Positions 28,420 through 39,592 are shown, counted from the first letter of the stretch. The stretch is 52,124 bases of DNA from Desulfotignum sp. (GCA_011389715.1 JAABTU010000112.1:1-52124), one strand, 5' to 3'. The notes: generated by a model not told the origin, from the sequence alone. Translations and numbers: made by a program.

Positions 28420-29841
28420 ATGGCCAATACTACCATACATCATCTGAAATCCACACTTTTCAGAGAGCCGTTCAATATTATTGTTCCCATATGGTCTGTT
28501 TTCCTGGTATTTGCATTAAGCATCTTCTTTGTCTTTATCCCCTCTTTGAAAACCTCTCTGATGGACCAGAAAAAAGAAATGATCCAGACACTTACCGACA
28601 GTGCCGTCAGCCTGTTGTCTGAATACCAACAGAAGGTTGCTGCAGGTGAATTGGCCATGGCAGAGGCAAAGTCCAGGGCCATGGAACAAATACGGTATAT
28701 GCGGTACGGGTCTGAAGCCAAAGATTATTTCTGGATTATTGATATGCACCCTTTCATGGTCATGCACCCCTACCGCCCGGACCTGGAGGGCACAGACCTG
28801 ACCAGTTTTACTGACCCCCGGGGCAGTTACCCCTTTCTGGCCATGGTGGAAACGGTGATGAATCACGGGGAGGGCTATGTAAACTATTACTGGCAATGGA
28901 AAGATGCCCCCCACAGAATTGTGCCCAAACTTTCCTATGTCAAAGGGTTTGCACCCTGGGAATGGATTGTGGGAACCGGCATATATATGCAGGATGTGCA
29001 GGCTGAAGTCAGCGGCATCCTCGACGACCTGAACACCATATTCATCACCGTCCTTCTTTTCGTACTCGCCCTGTCTGCCTATATCACCTGGCAGACCATC
29101 AGCATCAGAGACAAGAAGGAACGGGTGAAAAACACCCTGAAACAGGAAAGAGAAACCCTTTCCATGATTCTGGAGAGCACCCCCCAGGGTATCTCCCTGG
29201 TTGACAATGACGGCAGATACCTTTATGTAAATTCCTTTTTCACAAAAATTACCGGGTATACACGTGACGATATTCCCTCCAAAAAGGTGTGGTTTCAAAA
29301 AGCCTACCCTGACAAAGCATACCGGAAAAAAGTGATGGCAGCCTGGGACAATGATATATCCACCCGGGAGGCAAGCCATGTAAGAGAATTTGAGATCACC
29401 TGCAAAAATGGAGAAACCAAATTCATTGAATTTCGGTCCTGTTTTATGGAGGACCAGAAAATATCTGTACTGACAGATGTAACCGACAGAAAAGAAACCG
29501 AAGAGATCAGCCGGGAAAAAGACAGGCTTCAGGCTGTTCTTGAACTCTCCGGTGCGGTATGCCATGAAATGAACCAACCCTTGATGAGCATATCAGGATA
29601 TTTTGAACTCATACTGCTGGATATGCCTGAAACTGACCCCAATTATCCAAAAATCAAAAAGATCCAGGCCCAGCTGGAACGAATGGCCAATATAACCAAA
29701 AAGCTGATGAAAATATCCAAATACCAGACAAAAGACTATCTGAGTGGGAAAATACTCGATATACCGGGGCTTTCAGAAAAACAGGCCGTGCCTGAACCGT
29801 CAGAACCGGATTCAGGCACGGACACACCAGAAAAAAAATGA
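28420..29841 (+). CDS. Cache_2-PAS-HisKA signalling protein lacking the HATPase domain
   Basis: MRYG...DYFWI...MVMHP...KLSYV...WIVGTGIY, PAS segment, H-box AVCHEMNQPL, then ends. Confidence 0.8.
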   Translation: MANTTIHHLKSTLFREPFNIIVPIWSVFLVFALSIFFVFIPSLKTSLMDQKKEMIQTLTDSAVSLLSEYQQKVAAGELAMAEAKSRAMEQIRYMRYGSEAKDYFWIIDMHPFMVMHPYRPDLEGTDLTSFTDPRGSYPFLAMVETVMNHGEGYVNYYWQWKDAPHRIVPKLSYVKGFAPWEWIVGTGIYMQDVQAEVSGILDDLNTIFITVLLFVLALSAYITWQTISIRDKKERVKNTLKQERETLSMILESTPQGISLVDNDGRYLYVNSFFTKITGYTRDDIPSKKVWFQKAYPDKAYRKKVMAAWDNDISTREASHVREFEITCKNGETKFIEFRSCFMEDQKISVLTDVTDRKETEEISREKDRLQAVLELSGAVCHEMNQPLMSISGYFELILLDMPETDPNYPKIKKIQAQLERMANITKKLMKISKYQTKDYLSGKILDIPGLSEKQAVPEPSEPDSGTDTPEKK

Positions 29842-29895
29842 TATCACAAAACCAGGCCCACCTGTTTTTGGGCTGCTGGGCAAGGTTTTCTGGCG

Positions 29896-30240
29896 CTACT
29901 GGGCAAGGGTGCCCAGATCCGGATTTGCCTTGATGGTCTGTTTGTCTCCTGCCAGGTGGCGGCGTGCTTTTTCCTTGTTCTTTTTTATCAGAATCTGCAG
30001 TTTGTCTGACAGGCCGTCAATGGCGGAATACATGGTTTCCGCTTCCTCTTTTGCATGAATTTTAAGCTTTTCACAGCTCAGGTTGATCTCTGCAATATGG
30101 CGTATTTTTTCAACAGATAAAACCAAATTTGCTTCTGCCGGGGCATCCAGCATTTTATCCAGTTTTTCCAGTTTTTCCTGTACATAGGATTTGAGGGCAT
30201 CTGAGGATTCGATCTTTTTGAAAGTGATGGATATATGCAT
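29896..30240 (-). CDS. hpf: Ribosome hibernation promoting factor (short HPF/RaiA)
   Basis: ISITFK.I..SDALKSYVQEKLEKL, MYSAID, K.KEK; AGGAGG RBS. Confidence 0.88.
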   Translation of the reverse strand: MHISITFKKIESSDALKSYVQEKLEKLDKMLDAPAEANLVLSVEKIRHIAEINLSCEKLKIHAKEEAETMYSAIDGLSDKLQILIKKNKEKARRHLAGDKQTIKANPDLGTLAQ

Positions 30241-30433
30241 GCAAAGTCCTCCTGTTAAAGGTTTGGTTGACATATTACAACCAGTGTAACAGAAAATGTG
30301 CACCAATGACAGGAAAGTCAATTTTTTTCCAGCCATTTTCTGTACTTGTTCCAGATTATCAATTCATGTATAGTAAATATCATTGGGTTTTCATTGCCTT
30401 AATGCGTTTTCATTGCCTTAAAAGGAGACCGTC

Positions 30434-30883
30434 ATGATCAAAGCAAGCGATATCATGGAAACCAACATCATCAGCGTGAACCCTGACACAGACATCCCCA
30501 GGGCAGTGAGGATACTGCTTGACAAGCATATCAACGGGGTCCCGGTGGTCAATGACAAAGAAGAACTGGTGGGTATCCTGTGCCAGAGCGATTTGATCTT
30601 TGCGCAAAAAGAGATGCCTGTTCCCCCGATTTTCGCCATTCTGGATTCCATCTTTCCCTTGTCCTCATCAAAAAAAATTGATGAGGAATTCCAAAAAATT
30701 GCCGCCACCACCGTGGCACAGGCCATGGTAAAAGATGTGGTGTCAGTGGCACCGGACACCCCGGTGAGTGAAATCGCAAGTCTCATGGTGGAAAAGCATT
30801 TTCACACCATCCCGGTGGTGAAAAACAAGAAACTGGTGGGCATAATAGGCAAGGAAGATGTGCTGAAAACCCTGACCCCTTGA
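30434..30883 (+). CDS. CBS domain pair protein
   Basis: INGVPVV...LVGIL...DL and TIPVV...LVGIIGKEDV. Confidence 0.9.
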   Translation: MIKASDIMETNIISVNPDTDIPRAVRILLDKHINGVPVVNDKEELVGILCQSDLIFAQKEMPVPPIFAILDSIFPLSSSKKIDEEFQKIAATTVAQAMVKDVVSVAPDTPVSEIASLMVEKHFHTIPVVKNKKLVGIIGKEDVLKTLTP

Positions 30884-30912
30884 TATCTGAAACCTGATAT
30901 CTGAAACCTGAT
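30881..30912. repeat. Short tandem repeat (TGATATCTGAAACC x2.3)
   Basis: Direct reading; starts at the CBS gene stop codon. Confidence 0.7.
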
Positions 30913-30984
30913 TCCGGCATCTGGCTGCCGGTTTCCAGTATTCATATTTTATCAACAATCTCCACCCAAACATGGGAGGCTGTC

Positions 30985-33438
30985 ATGGCGTATTTTGATT
31001 TTACCAGTTTTGAAGTATCGTTTCACCAGTATGTAAAATATGTCCTGGGCAAGCCCCTGGCCGAAACCACCAAAAAAGACCAGCTCAATGCTGTTTCTTA
31101 TGCTGTGGGCAAATATCTTATGGACATCAATTTCGACACCCAGCAGCGGTATGCTGAAAACGATGCCAAAAAGGTGTATTACCTGTCCATGGAATTTCTC
31201 ATCGGCCGGCTGTTGTACAACAACCTGCTGAATCTGGGAATTTTTGATGCCTGTACCCGGTTTTTAAAAAAACAGGGGATTGATCTGGAAAAACTGGTGG
31301 AGGAAGAGCAGGACCCGGCTCTGGGAAACGGCGGCTTAGGAAGACTGGCAGCCTGTTTTCTGGATTCTCTGGCCAGCCTGGACATGCCGGGATTCGGATA
31401 TGGCATCAACTATGATTACGGGCTGTTCCGCCAGGTGATAATCAATGGACACCAGCGGGAAAAACCCGACTACTGGCCCAATCGGTCCTCGCCCTGGCTG
31501 ATCCGCCGCTCCGGGGAGCAGTACATGCTGCCCATTTACGGAAAAATTGAAGATACCCTGGACCGGAACGGGGAATACAATCCCATGTGGACCAACTGGA
31601 AACTGTTCATGGGCAGACCCCACGATATCCTTGTGTCAGGACATGGCGGCCGCACCGTAAACCGGCTCAGGCTTTTTTCCGCCGCTGCCTCGGAAGACTT
31701 TGACATCAGTATTTTTAATGACGGGGATTATCTGAAAGCGGTGCGGCGGAAAATCACATCTGAAAGCGTCACAAAAATTCTGTATCCATCTGATGCCAAA
31801 GATGTGGGAAAGGAACTGCGGTTGATTCAGGAATATTTTCTGGTGGCCTGTGCCATCCGGGATATTATCCGCAGCTATGAAACCCGCCACAAAACCTATG
31901 AAACATTTCACCAGCAGGTGGCCATCCAGCTCAATGACACCCATCCCTCCCTGGCTGTTGCGGAACTCATGCGCATCCTGGTGGATGAAAAAGGGTTGGA
32001 ATGGAAAAAGGCCTGGGACATAACCGTTAAAACACTGGCGTTTACCAACCACACCCTGCTGCCCGAAGCCCTGGAAACCTGGCCGGTATCCATTCTGGGC
32101 AAGGTGGTGCCCCGGCATCTGCAGATCATTTTTGAGATCAACCAGCGCTTCATTGCATCGGTGAAAGAAAAGTTCGGTGAAGGTTCTGATGATATGATCG
32201 CACGGATGTCCATTATTCAGGAAGGCGAAGAACAGCAGGTGCGCATGGCCAATCTGGCCATTATCGGCAGCCATTCGGTGAACGGGGTTGCCAGGGTGCA
32301 TTCAGACCTGGTCAAAACCCGGCTGGTCCCGGAATTTTATTCTCTGTGGCCGGAAAAATTCAACAACAAAACCAACGGGGTCACCCCGAGGCGGTGGGTG
32401 GTGGCCTGCAATCCAGAGCTGGCAAAACTGATCACCGATGCCATCGGCAGGCGCTGGATCGCAGATCTTGAACTGGTATGGGAACTGGAGGCGTTCCAGA
32501 ATGATCCCGGTTTTCTGGACCGGTTCCGGGCGGTGAAACAGACCAATAAAAAAGCTTTGGCAGACTACATCAAAGACACGGTGTTTGAAACCGTGGATCC
32601 AGGGTCCATATTTGACATCCAGGCCAAGCGCATCCATGAGTACAAGCGGCAGCTGCTCAATGTCCTGCACATCATCCACCTGTACCTGTCCATCAAGGAC
32701 AACAACAAAGATATCAAATCACCCCGGACCTTCATCTTTGCGGGCAAGGCCGCGCCTGGATACCACACGGCCAAGCTGATCATCAAGCTGATCCACAACC
32801 TGGCTGCCGTGGTGAACAAAGACCCCCGGGTCAACCAGCAGATAAAGATCATATTTCTGCCTGACTACCGGGTGACCCTGGCGGAGCGCCTTATTCCGGC
32901 AGCAGATGTCAGTGAACAGATCTCCACTGCAGGCATGGAAGCGTCAGGCACCGGCAACATGAAATTTGCCATGAACGGGGCTTTGACCATCGGCACCATG
33001 GACGGTGCCAATATTGAAATTTATGAACAGGTGGGCAAAGACAACATGTATATTTTCGGATTAAGCGTGGAAGAGGTGGAAGCGTTACGCCCCCATTACC
33101 TTCCCAGGGAATATCTGGAAAAAGATGACCGTCTCAAACAGGTGATATACGCGCTGCGGTCCGACCGGTTCAGCCAGTCGGAGCCTGGCCTTTTCCGGCC
33201 CCTGTATAACCTGCTCATGTCCCCGACGGACCATTACCTGCATTTTGGGGATTTTGGCGCCTATACCGCTGCCCAGGAAGCCATCGGCAAAGATTTTCTG
33301 GAACCTGCCAGATGGAGTTCCAAAGCCCTTATGAACACCGCCCGCACAGGTAAGTTTTCCAGCGACAGGACCATCAAGGCCTATGCCAGTGAAATATGGG
33401 GAATTCAATCCCAGATCCAGGAACAGGACCGCTGGTAA
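30985..33438 (+). CDS. glgP: Glycogen/starch phosphorylase (GT35, classical type)
   Basis: YYLSMEFLIGR, LGNGGLGRLAACF, QLNDTHP, KRIHEYKRQ, EASGTGNMK. Confidence 0.95.
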   Translation: MAYFDFTSFEVSFHQYVKYVLGKPLAETTKKDQLNAVSYAVGKYLMDINFDTQQRYAENDAKKVYYLSMEFLIGRLLYNNLLNLGIFDACTRFLKKQGIDLEKLVEEEQDPALGNGGLGRLAACFLDSLASLDMPGFGYGINYDYGLFRQVIINGHQREKPDYWPNRSSPWLIRRSGEQYMLPIYGKIEDTLDRNGEYNPMWTNWKLFMGRPHDILVSGHGGRTVNRLRLFSAAASEDFDISIFNDGDYLKAVRRKITSESVTKILYPSDAKDVGKELRLIQEYFLVACAIRDIIRSYETRHKTYETFHQQVAIQLNDTHPSLAVAELMRILVDEKGLEWKKAWDITVKTLAFTNHTLLPEALETWPVSILGKVVPRHLQIIFEINQRFIASVKEKFGEGSDDMIARMSIIQEGEEQQVRMANLAIIGSHSVNGVARVHSDLVKTRLVPEFYSLWPEKFNNKTNGVTPRRWVVACNPELAKLITDAIGRRWIADLELVWELEAFQNDPGFLDRFRAVKQTNKKALADYIKDTVFETVDPGSIFDIQAKRIHEYKRQLLNVLHIIHLYLSIKDNNKDIKSPRTFIFAGKAAPGYHTAKLIIKLIHNLAAVVNKDPRVNQQIKIIFLPDYRVTLAERLIPAADVSEQISTAGMEASGTGNMKFAMNGALTIGTMDGANIEIYEQVGKDNMYIFGLSVEEVEALRPHYLPREYLEKDDRLKQVIYALRSDRFSQSEPGLFRPLYNLLMSPTDHYLHFGDFGAYTAAQEAIGKDFLEPARWSSKALMNTARTGKFSSDRTIKAYASEIWGIQSQIQEQDRW

Positions 33439-33467
33439 AAAAACGGCCCTGGGTGATGGTATCTGTT

Positions 33468-35501
33468 TTACAGAATCTTTTCCAGCACCAGAGCGGTGCG
33501 GCTGGGCAGATACAGGGGCAGAAGCTGCCGGGTGATCTCCCCCTGGGCCATGGGGCTGGTAACATGGACCTGCCCCGGTATTAGCCGATTTCGTCCCCCG
33601 AACCGGGTCTCGTCCGTGTCCAGGACCATCCGGTATCTTCCCGGCGGCGCATCCACCCGGTAATCAAAAAAAGATTGGTCAGGGTGAAAATTGAAGACCC
33701 AAAAAAACTTTCCCCGAAAAAAGGCAATGATGTTGTGGTCCTCATGCAGATAAAACAGATCCGGGTATGATGCCGGCAGATCGTTTTCTTTTGCAAGCAG
33801 AATCATCCGGCGGTCAAATGCAAATAAATCGGTGTAAAACAGATCCGGGTCATATTTCAGTGACCACTGGCGCCGGGCATACTGATATGAGAAATGGTTC
33901 TGACGGGAGGGAAAATCCACCCATTCCGGATGGCCGAACTCATTGCCTATGAAATTCAGGTAACCGGCATTGGCCGTGGCCAGGGTGATCAGTCGGATCA
34001 TCTTGTGCAGGGCCACCCCCCGGAAAGTCTCAATGGCGGCATTTTCCTTGTGCATGGCTGTATAGATGCGGCTGCCCATGAGATGCATCATCAGGGTTTT
34101 ATCCCCCACCAGGGCCTGGTCATGGCATTCTGCATAGGAAATGGTGGCTTCCTCGGCCCGGCGGTTGGTGAGTTCATGCCAGAGCTTTTCCAGGGGCCAG
34201 TCTTCATCCCGGGTTTCCTTGAGCAGTTTGATCCAGAAGTCGGCAATGCCCATGGCAAAACGAAAATCAAACCCGTATCCTCCCTGGTCAATGCCTGCAG
34301 CCAGGCCGGGATACCCGCTGACATCCTCGGCAACGGTGACAGCCCCGGGCTGAAGCTGGTGCACCAGACGGTTGGCGGAAAACAGATAGGACAGGGCATC
34401 TGTATCAACCCCCGGCCCGAAGTAATCATCATAACTGACAAACGCCCGGTTCAGGCCGTGGTCTTCAAAAATCATGGAGGTGATGCCGTCAAACCGGAAC
34501 CCGTCAACATGAAACTCTTCTATCCAGTACCGCAGATTGGACAGAAGAAATTTTACGACCATGGGTTTTGCATAATCAAAACAACGGGAATCCCATAAAC
34601 GGTGCATCCCTCTGGGACCGTCGTGGAAAAACTGGTACAGGGTACCGTCAAACCGGGACAGCCCCTCCACCTCGTTGCGGACACTGTGGGAATGGATGAT
34701 GTCCATCAACACCTGTATGCCTTCCCGGTGGGCTGCATCAATCAGTTTTTTGAGATCTTCCGGGGTGCCGAACCGGGAGGATGGGGCGAAAAAAGAGGAG
34801 ACATGGTAGCCGAAAGACCCGTAATACGGGTGTTCCTGCACCGCCATCAGCTGGATGGTGTTGTACCCGGCATGCTTGATCTTGGGCAGGATATGGCGGC
34901 GGAATTCCGTCCAGGTGCCGATGCGTGCTTCTTCCAGGGCCATGCCTGCATGGGCTTCGTAAATCAGTATGGGGCCGTCCCTGGAAACGGTCTCCTGCAC
35001 CTGCCATGCATAGGGTTCCGGCGGATCCCACACCTGGGCATTAAAAATCAGGGTATGGGGATCCTGGACCACCCGCCTGGCTGCCGTGGGAATCCGGTTT
35101 CCCTCCCCACCGGGCCAGATGACTTTCAACCGGAACAGGTCCTGGTGGGAAAACCGGTCTGCAGGAAATTGTGCCTGGAAAGTGTCGCCGTCCTTTTTGG
35201 GCACCTGGTATTCCGGCACACATCTCCAGTTGTTTTTGTCACACAGAATGTACATGTCAGAAGCATTGGGTGCCCATTCCGTGAATACCCACTCAAGGTT
35301 TTCTACGTCAAAATGCAGGCCGAACTGCAGGTGAAAGTCGGCAAACGCATTCAGAGAACCGCCATTTTCCCGGCACAGTCTTTCTTCCAGGTCCTGGGCA
35401 GCCCGATACCGTGAAAGGATGGTATCGGCATGGGCCAGCAGACCCGGGTCATTGAAAATTCCCGGATCAGACAAGGAAGGGTCTTTGGAGCATTTTTTCA
35501 T
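33468..35501 (-). CDS. glgB: 1,4-alpha-glucan branching enzyme (GH13_8-like)
   Basis: EWAPNA, IYEAHAGM, QEHPYYGSFGYHV, DGFRFDG, AEDVSG, YAECHDQALVGDKT; start uncertain (ATG 35501). Confidence 0.9.
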   Translation of the reverse strand: MKKCSKDPSLSDPGIFNDPGLLAHADTILSRYRAAQDLEERLCRENGGSLNAFADFHLQFGLHFDVENLEWVFTEWAPNASDMYILCDKNNWRCVPEYQVPKKDGDTFQAQFPADRFSHQDLFRLKVIWPGGEGNRIPTAARRVVQDPHTLIFNAQVWDPPEPYAWQVQETVSRDGPILIYEAHAGMALEEARIGTWTEFRRHILPKIKHAGYNTIQLMAVQEHPYYGSFGYHVSSFFAPSSRFGTPEDLKKLIDAAHREGIQVLMDIIHSHSVRNEVEGLSRFDGTLYQFFHDGPRGMHRLWDSRCFDYAKPMVVKFLLSNLRYWIEEFHVDGFRFDGITSMIFEDHGLNRAFVSYDDYFGPGVDTDALSYLFSANRLVHQLQPGAVTVAEDVSGYPGLAAGIDQGGYGFDFRFAMGIADFWIKLLKETRDEDWPLEKLWHELTNRRAEEATISYAECHDQALVGDKTLMMHLMGSRIYTAMHKENAAIETFRGVALHKMIRLITLATANAGYLNFIGNEFGHPEWVDFPSRQNHFSYQYARRQWSLKYDPDLFYTDLFAFDRRMILLAKENDLPASYPDLFYLHEDHNIIAFFRGKFFWVFNFHPDQSFFDYRVDAPPGRYRMVLDTDETRFGGRNRLIPGQVHVTSPMAQGEITRQLLPLYLPSRTALVLEKIL

Positions 35502-36966
35502 ACAGGCTGATATAATCCTCTGCACATCGGGTGTGGTTGAATGCCAGAACGCTTTCAATCATGATTCTGTGGATCTGGGTTTCTCTGGTCTGGTCATCCA
35601 GCATATAAAAATCCATTGCCCGGTCAACCGCCCAGGAAAGGCCGTTGGCGTCATGGACGGTGAATACAAATCCATTGCCGCTGTCACCGGCCGGATCCAG
35701 GGGCTGGACCGTGTCATGGAGCCCGCCGGTATCAAACACAACAGGCAGGCTGCCGTAGATCCCCCCCACCATCTGGGGCAGGCCGCAGGGCTCAAAAGCT
35801 GAGGGCATGAGTACAAAATCCGATGCAGCAAATGCCTGGTGGGAAAGCCCTTCGTTGAATCCGCAGACAGCCACGCGCCTGCCTATGCCATGGTGCCGAA
35901 CAATATCATGGAAATGCTTTTCAAAGGAACCCGATGCCACAGATACGATCTGCAGCCCCTGATCCCGGTACCGGTCCACCATATCGAACATAATCTCTGC
36001 CAGCAGCTGGCACCCTTTCTGCACCGGGTCCAAGCGGGAGGGCCAGAAAAACAGCGGGGCATCTGCATTTTCTTCCATATCCAGAATTTTCTGCAGATAT
36101 TTTTTGTTTGCAGCCTTGATTTTTTTATGGTTCTTGGGGCCAAAGTTATATCTGATCAGATCGTCCACTGCCGGATTGAACTCAGGTTCCGGTGCATTGA
36201 GAATCCCGGTTGCGCATCCGGAATAATATTTATGGGTCAGTTCGTTTTTCAGACAGGGTTCCACAAAAGGGTGGCGGTCCTCCACAATTTCCCGAAGAAA
36301 AGTGGGGCTCACGGTATTTACATAATGGGCCGCAAACACCCCTGATGTGAGAAAATCCACCCGGTTCCAGTCCCGGCTCTCTTCATAGTTTACCGGCGGT
36401 TGCTTGAAATACATCCGGTGCCAGAAAGCTGCTGCATCAATGCCCCGGTCTTCGATTTCCGCCATGGTGGATGTCATGGTGTGAATATTGTGGATGGTGA
36501 ACAGGCAGGGGATCTCCATCTCCCGGGACATGGCCGGGATCAGTCCCGTCATCCAGTCATTGCAGTGGATGATATCCGGCTCCACACGAGGGATAATGTT
36601 GTTGATGACCTCCCTCTGAAATGCCAGAGACACCTTCAGGTCCATGTCGGAATACCCGGAATAGACATTGCTCAAATAATAAAAGGCCCGGTCTGCTGCC
36701 AGGTGAATACGTTCTTCGTCTAAGCGTTTACGGATCTTTGCCAGTTCCCGGCTGTGGGTTTTGGTGGTGCTGCCGTCAAAGATGGACCTGTAATCCGGCA
36801 ATGCCACATGTACATCACAGCCCAGATCAAACAGGGCGGAAATCAGGGCGGCAGACACATCAGCCAGGCCCCCGGCTTTGGCAGAATAATTGGATCGGTC
36901 CCCCATATCTTCGGGAAGGTAGGTTACTTCAGGCGTCACAATAAGGATTCTTGGTTTTTGTGCCAT
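35467..36966 (-). CDS. glgA: Glycogen synthase (GT5)
   Basis: KAGGLADV, IIHCNDW, FTIHN, FEPCGLPQM, TGGL.DTV. Confidence 0.9.
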   Translation of the reverse strand: MAQKPRILIVTPEVTYLPEDMGDRSNYSAKAGGLADVSAALISALFDLGCDVHVALPDYRSIFDGSTTKTHSRELAKIRKRLDEERIHLAADRAFYYLSNVYSGYSDMDLKVSLAFQREVINNIIPRVEPDIIHCNDWMTGLIPAMSREMEIPCLFTIHNIHTMTSTMAEIEDRGIDAAAFWHRMYFKQPPVNYEESRDWNRVDFLTSGVFAAHYVNTVSPTFLREIVEDRHPFVEPCLKNELTHKYYSGCATGILNAPEPEFNPAVDDLIRYNFGPKNHKKIKAANKKYLQKILDMEENADAPLFFWPSRLDPVQKGCQLLAEIMFDMVDRYRDQGLQIVSVASGSFEKHFHDIVRHHGIGRRVAVCGFNEGLSHQAFAASDFVLMPSAFEPCGLPQMVGGIYGSLPVVFDTGGLHDTVQPLDPAGDSGNGFVFTVHDANGLSWAVDRAMDFYMLDDQTRETQIHRIMIESVLAFNHTRCAEDYISLYEKMLQRPFLV

Positions 36967-37021
36967 ATATCTTCCCCCGTGAACAACAACTGGTGCAGGT
37001 TTGGTGTGAATGCTTACATTT

Positions 37022-39592
37022 TCAACTGTCTGGTCCAACCCAGGTGATCAATCCCGGGGTATTGCTTAATACCGGATCTCCCTTGGGTATTACCCGGGCG
37101 GTATAACCGAACCGTCCGGAATCTGAACAGATGACCCGGCATCCGTAAATATGGGTACCGGGAGCAATGGTATTCTGCAGTTCCATGGTTTCGGCCCGGC
37201 TGCCATCCATCTGCCCTGTCCCCCGCAATTTGCCGTGGTATATCTGCACCTCCACCTCTTCAGACGTCAGTTCCCCTAAAAAAACCTCCAGCACAATGCT
37301 GAAGCTTTCTCCCACAGCAAAATCACTTGACGGTGTGATCTTTGGTTTTGACAAACGGATATGGGACCACAGGGCGTTGAGCCGGGACTGGGTCAGGGCC
37401 AGGTCCTTGGCTTTTCTGGCTGCATTTTCAGTGAGCTGCGCAAGGTTTCTGGCAGCCGGAATATAAAACCGGTTGGAATATTCCCTTACCATCCGGTCAC
37501 TGGAAAAATCCGTAATCGCCATTTTCATGGCTGCCTTCATCATCTGGATCCATCTTTTTGGGGGATTGCCCCGCAGCCGGTCATAGAATACCGGAATTAC
37601 GTCATTTTCCAGAATATTGAACAATGCCTGGCTTTCCACCTCATCCTGGTAATCCGGGTCTTCATAATCATCTCCGTTGCCGATACGCCAGCCCGTGGTT
37701 TCTGAAAAGCCTTCACACCACCACCCATCCAGTATGGACAGGTTCAGGCCCCCGTTGGCAGCTGCTTTCATACCTGATGTACCGCAGGCCTCAAAGGGTC
37801 TTCTGGGTGTATTCAGCCACACATCACACCCCTGGACCATATACCGTGCGATATTGATATCATAGTTTTCCAGAAAAATCACCCGGTGACGGACCTCAGA
37901 CTGCCTTGCAAATTCCACAATACGCTTGATAAGGGCCTTGCCCTCGTTGTCATTGGGATGGGCCTTGCCCGCAAATACCAGCTGGACGGGCTGCTCCGCG
38001 CTGGTGATGAGCCGAAGCAGGCGCTGGGGATCCTTGAGCAGAAGTCCGGCCCGCTTATAGGTGGCAAACCGCCGGGCAAAACAGATGGTAAGGACCCGGG
38101 GATCCAGGGCTGCAGACACCTCATCGAGCAGGTTCCGGGAGGCATTGCGCCTTTCATACTGTGCCACCAGCAGCTGCCGGGCTTTCCTGATAAGATTGGA
38201 CCGGTCCAGTTCATGGACATGCCACAGATCCGCATCCTCTATGCTGTCGATACGTGCCACCAGATCAGGATCAGACTGGCGGCCGGACCAGTCCGATGCC
38301 AGATACCGTTCCAGCAGGCCGTTTTTGTGGCGTGAAATATAGGAATTGATATGGACCCCGTTGGTGACATGGGAAATGGGAATCTCCTCTTTCTGCCGCC
38401 CGGGCCACAGCCCCTGCCACATGGACCTTGCCACATGGCCGTGCAGCCGGCTGACACCGTTAATATAGCCTGAAAAAGCCACCCCGAAACAGAACATGGA
38501 AAATTTGGTCTCCCCCCCGGACCCGGGCATTTCTCCCCAGGACAGCAGTTCATTTTCTGAAATACCGAATTTCTGTGCATACGGGGCGATATAGGGACGT
38601 ACAAGCTCCTTGTCAAATTCATCATGCCCGGCTGACACCGGGGTATGGGTGGTAAAGACAGCACTGCGCCGGCAGACCTGGGATGCGCTTTGATATTCCA
38701 GGTCAAACCGGTCCATGATCAGACAGGTGCGTTCAAGGCCCGCAAAGGCGCAATGCCCCTCGTTCATATGGCAGACAGCAGGAAACATGTCCATGGCCTT
38801 CAGCACCTTGGTGCCGCCGATGCCCAGCAGAATTTCCTGGGCCACCCGGATCTCGCCGTGGCTGGCATACAGCCGGGAGGTGATGTTCCTGATCTCTTCT
38901 GAATTTTCAGGCAGGTTGGTGTCCAGAAGCAGCAGCCGTATTTTCCCCACCTTTATCTGCCATACACAGGCCCGGATAATACCCCTGGGGCCCGGGATTT
39001 CAATGAGAAGATCTGTACCGGACCCGTTGCTGATTTTCTGGGCAGGCAGATCAAACACATCAATGATGGGATAGGTTTCCTGCTGCCAGCCATTATGGTC
39101 CAGGTATTGGCGGAAATACCCCTCCCGGAACAGCAGGCCAATGCCTGTCAGGGGCAGGCCCAGGGCGGACGATGCCTTGAGATGGTCTCCGGCCAGGACC
39201 CCGAGTCCACCGGCAAAAAAAGGCAGAGATTCATGGAGCCCGAATTCCATGGAAAAATAGGCCACAGTCTCCTTGGGTCCCAGATCAAGCCCCTGAATCT
39301 GGGGGATATCTGAAAACATGTTTTCAAATTTTGTTTTCACCCGGGCCAGATGGCCCAAAAAACTCTCATCTATGGAAAGTTCCTCATACCGGCGCTGGGA
39401 GATCCGGGTGAGAAATACCACCGGATTTTTTCCCACCGCCTCCCACTGCACCGGATTGATCCGGCGAAACACATCAACCGCCTCGTCATTCCAGCACCAC
39501 CAAAGGTTTCTGGCCAGGTAGTCCAGAAAGGACAAAGACTCGGGTATGGCCGGATAGACTTTATAAATCTGCATTTCTTGCATGAATGTCAT
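37022..39592 (-). CDS. glgP: Alpha-glucan phosphorylase (second, divergent GT35 type)
   Basis: NLWWCW, AYFSMEFG, GGLGVLAGDHLK, HMNEGH, ARRFATYKR, EACGTSGMK. Confidence 0.93.
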   Translation of the reverse strand: MTFMQEMQIYKVYPAIPESLSFLDYLARNLWWCWNDEAVDVFRRINPVQWEAVGKNPVVFLTRISQRRYEELSIDESFLGHLARVKTKFENMFSDIPQIQGLDLGPKETVAYFSMEFGLHESLPFFAGGLGVLAGDHLKASSALGLPLTGIGLLFREGYFRQYLDHNGWQQETYPIIDVFDLPAQKISNGSGTDLLIEIPGPRGIIRACVWQIKVGKIRLLLLDTNLPENSEEIRNITSRLYASHGEIRVAQEILLGIGGTKVLKAMDMFPAVCHMNEGHCAFAGLERTCLIMDRFDLEYQSASQVCRRSAVFTTHTPVSAGHDEFDKELVRPYIAPYAQKFGISENELLSWGEMPGSGGETKFSMFCFGVAFSGYINGVSRLHGHVARSMWQGLWPGRQKEEIPISHVTNGVHINSYISRHKNGLLERYLASDWSGRQSDPDLVARIDSIEDADLWHVHELDRSNLIRKARQLLVAQYERRNASRNLLDEVSAALDPRVLTICFARRFATYKRAGLLLKDPQRLLRLITSAEQPVQLVFAGKAHPNDNEGKALIKRIVEFARQSEVRHRVIFLENYDINIARYMVQGCDVWLNTPRRPFEACGTSGMKAAANGGLNLSILDGWWCEGFSETTGWRIGNGDDYEDPDYQDEVESQALFNILENDVIPVFYDRLRGNPPKRWIQMMKAAMKMAITDFSSDRMVREYSNRFYIPAARNLAQLTENAARKAKDLALTQSRLNALWSHIRLSKPKITPSSDFAVGESFSIVLEVFLGELTSEEVEVQIYHGKLRGTGQMDGSRAETMELQNTIAPGTHIYGCRVICSDSGRFGYTARVIPKGDPVLSNTPGLITWVGPDS

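Noticed and set aside
30881-30912. 14-bp tandem repeat as a phase-variation or regulatory element
   Set aside because: Only about two copies, intergenic, no supporting context
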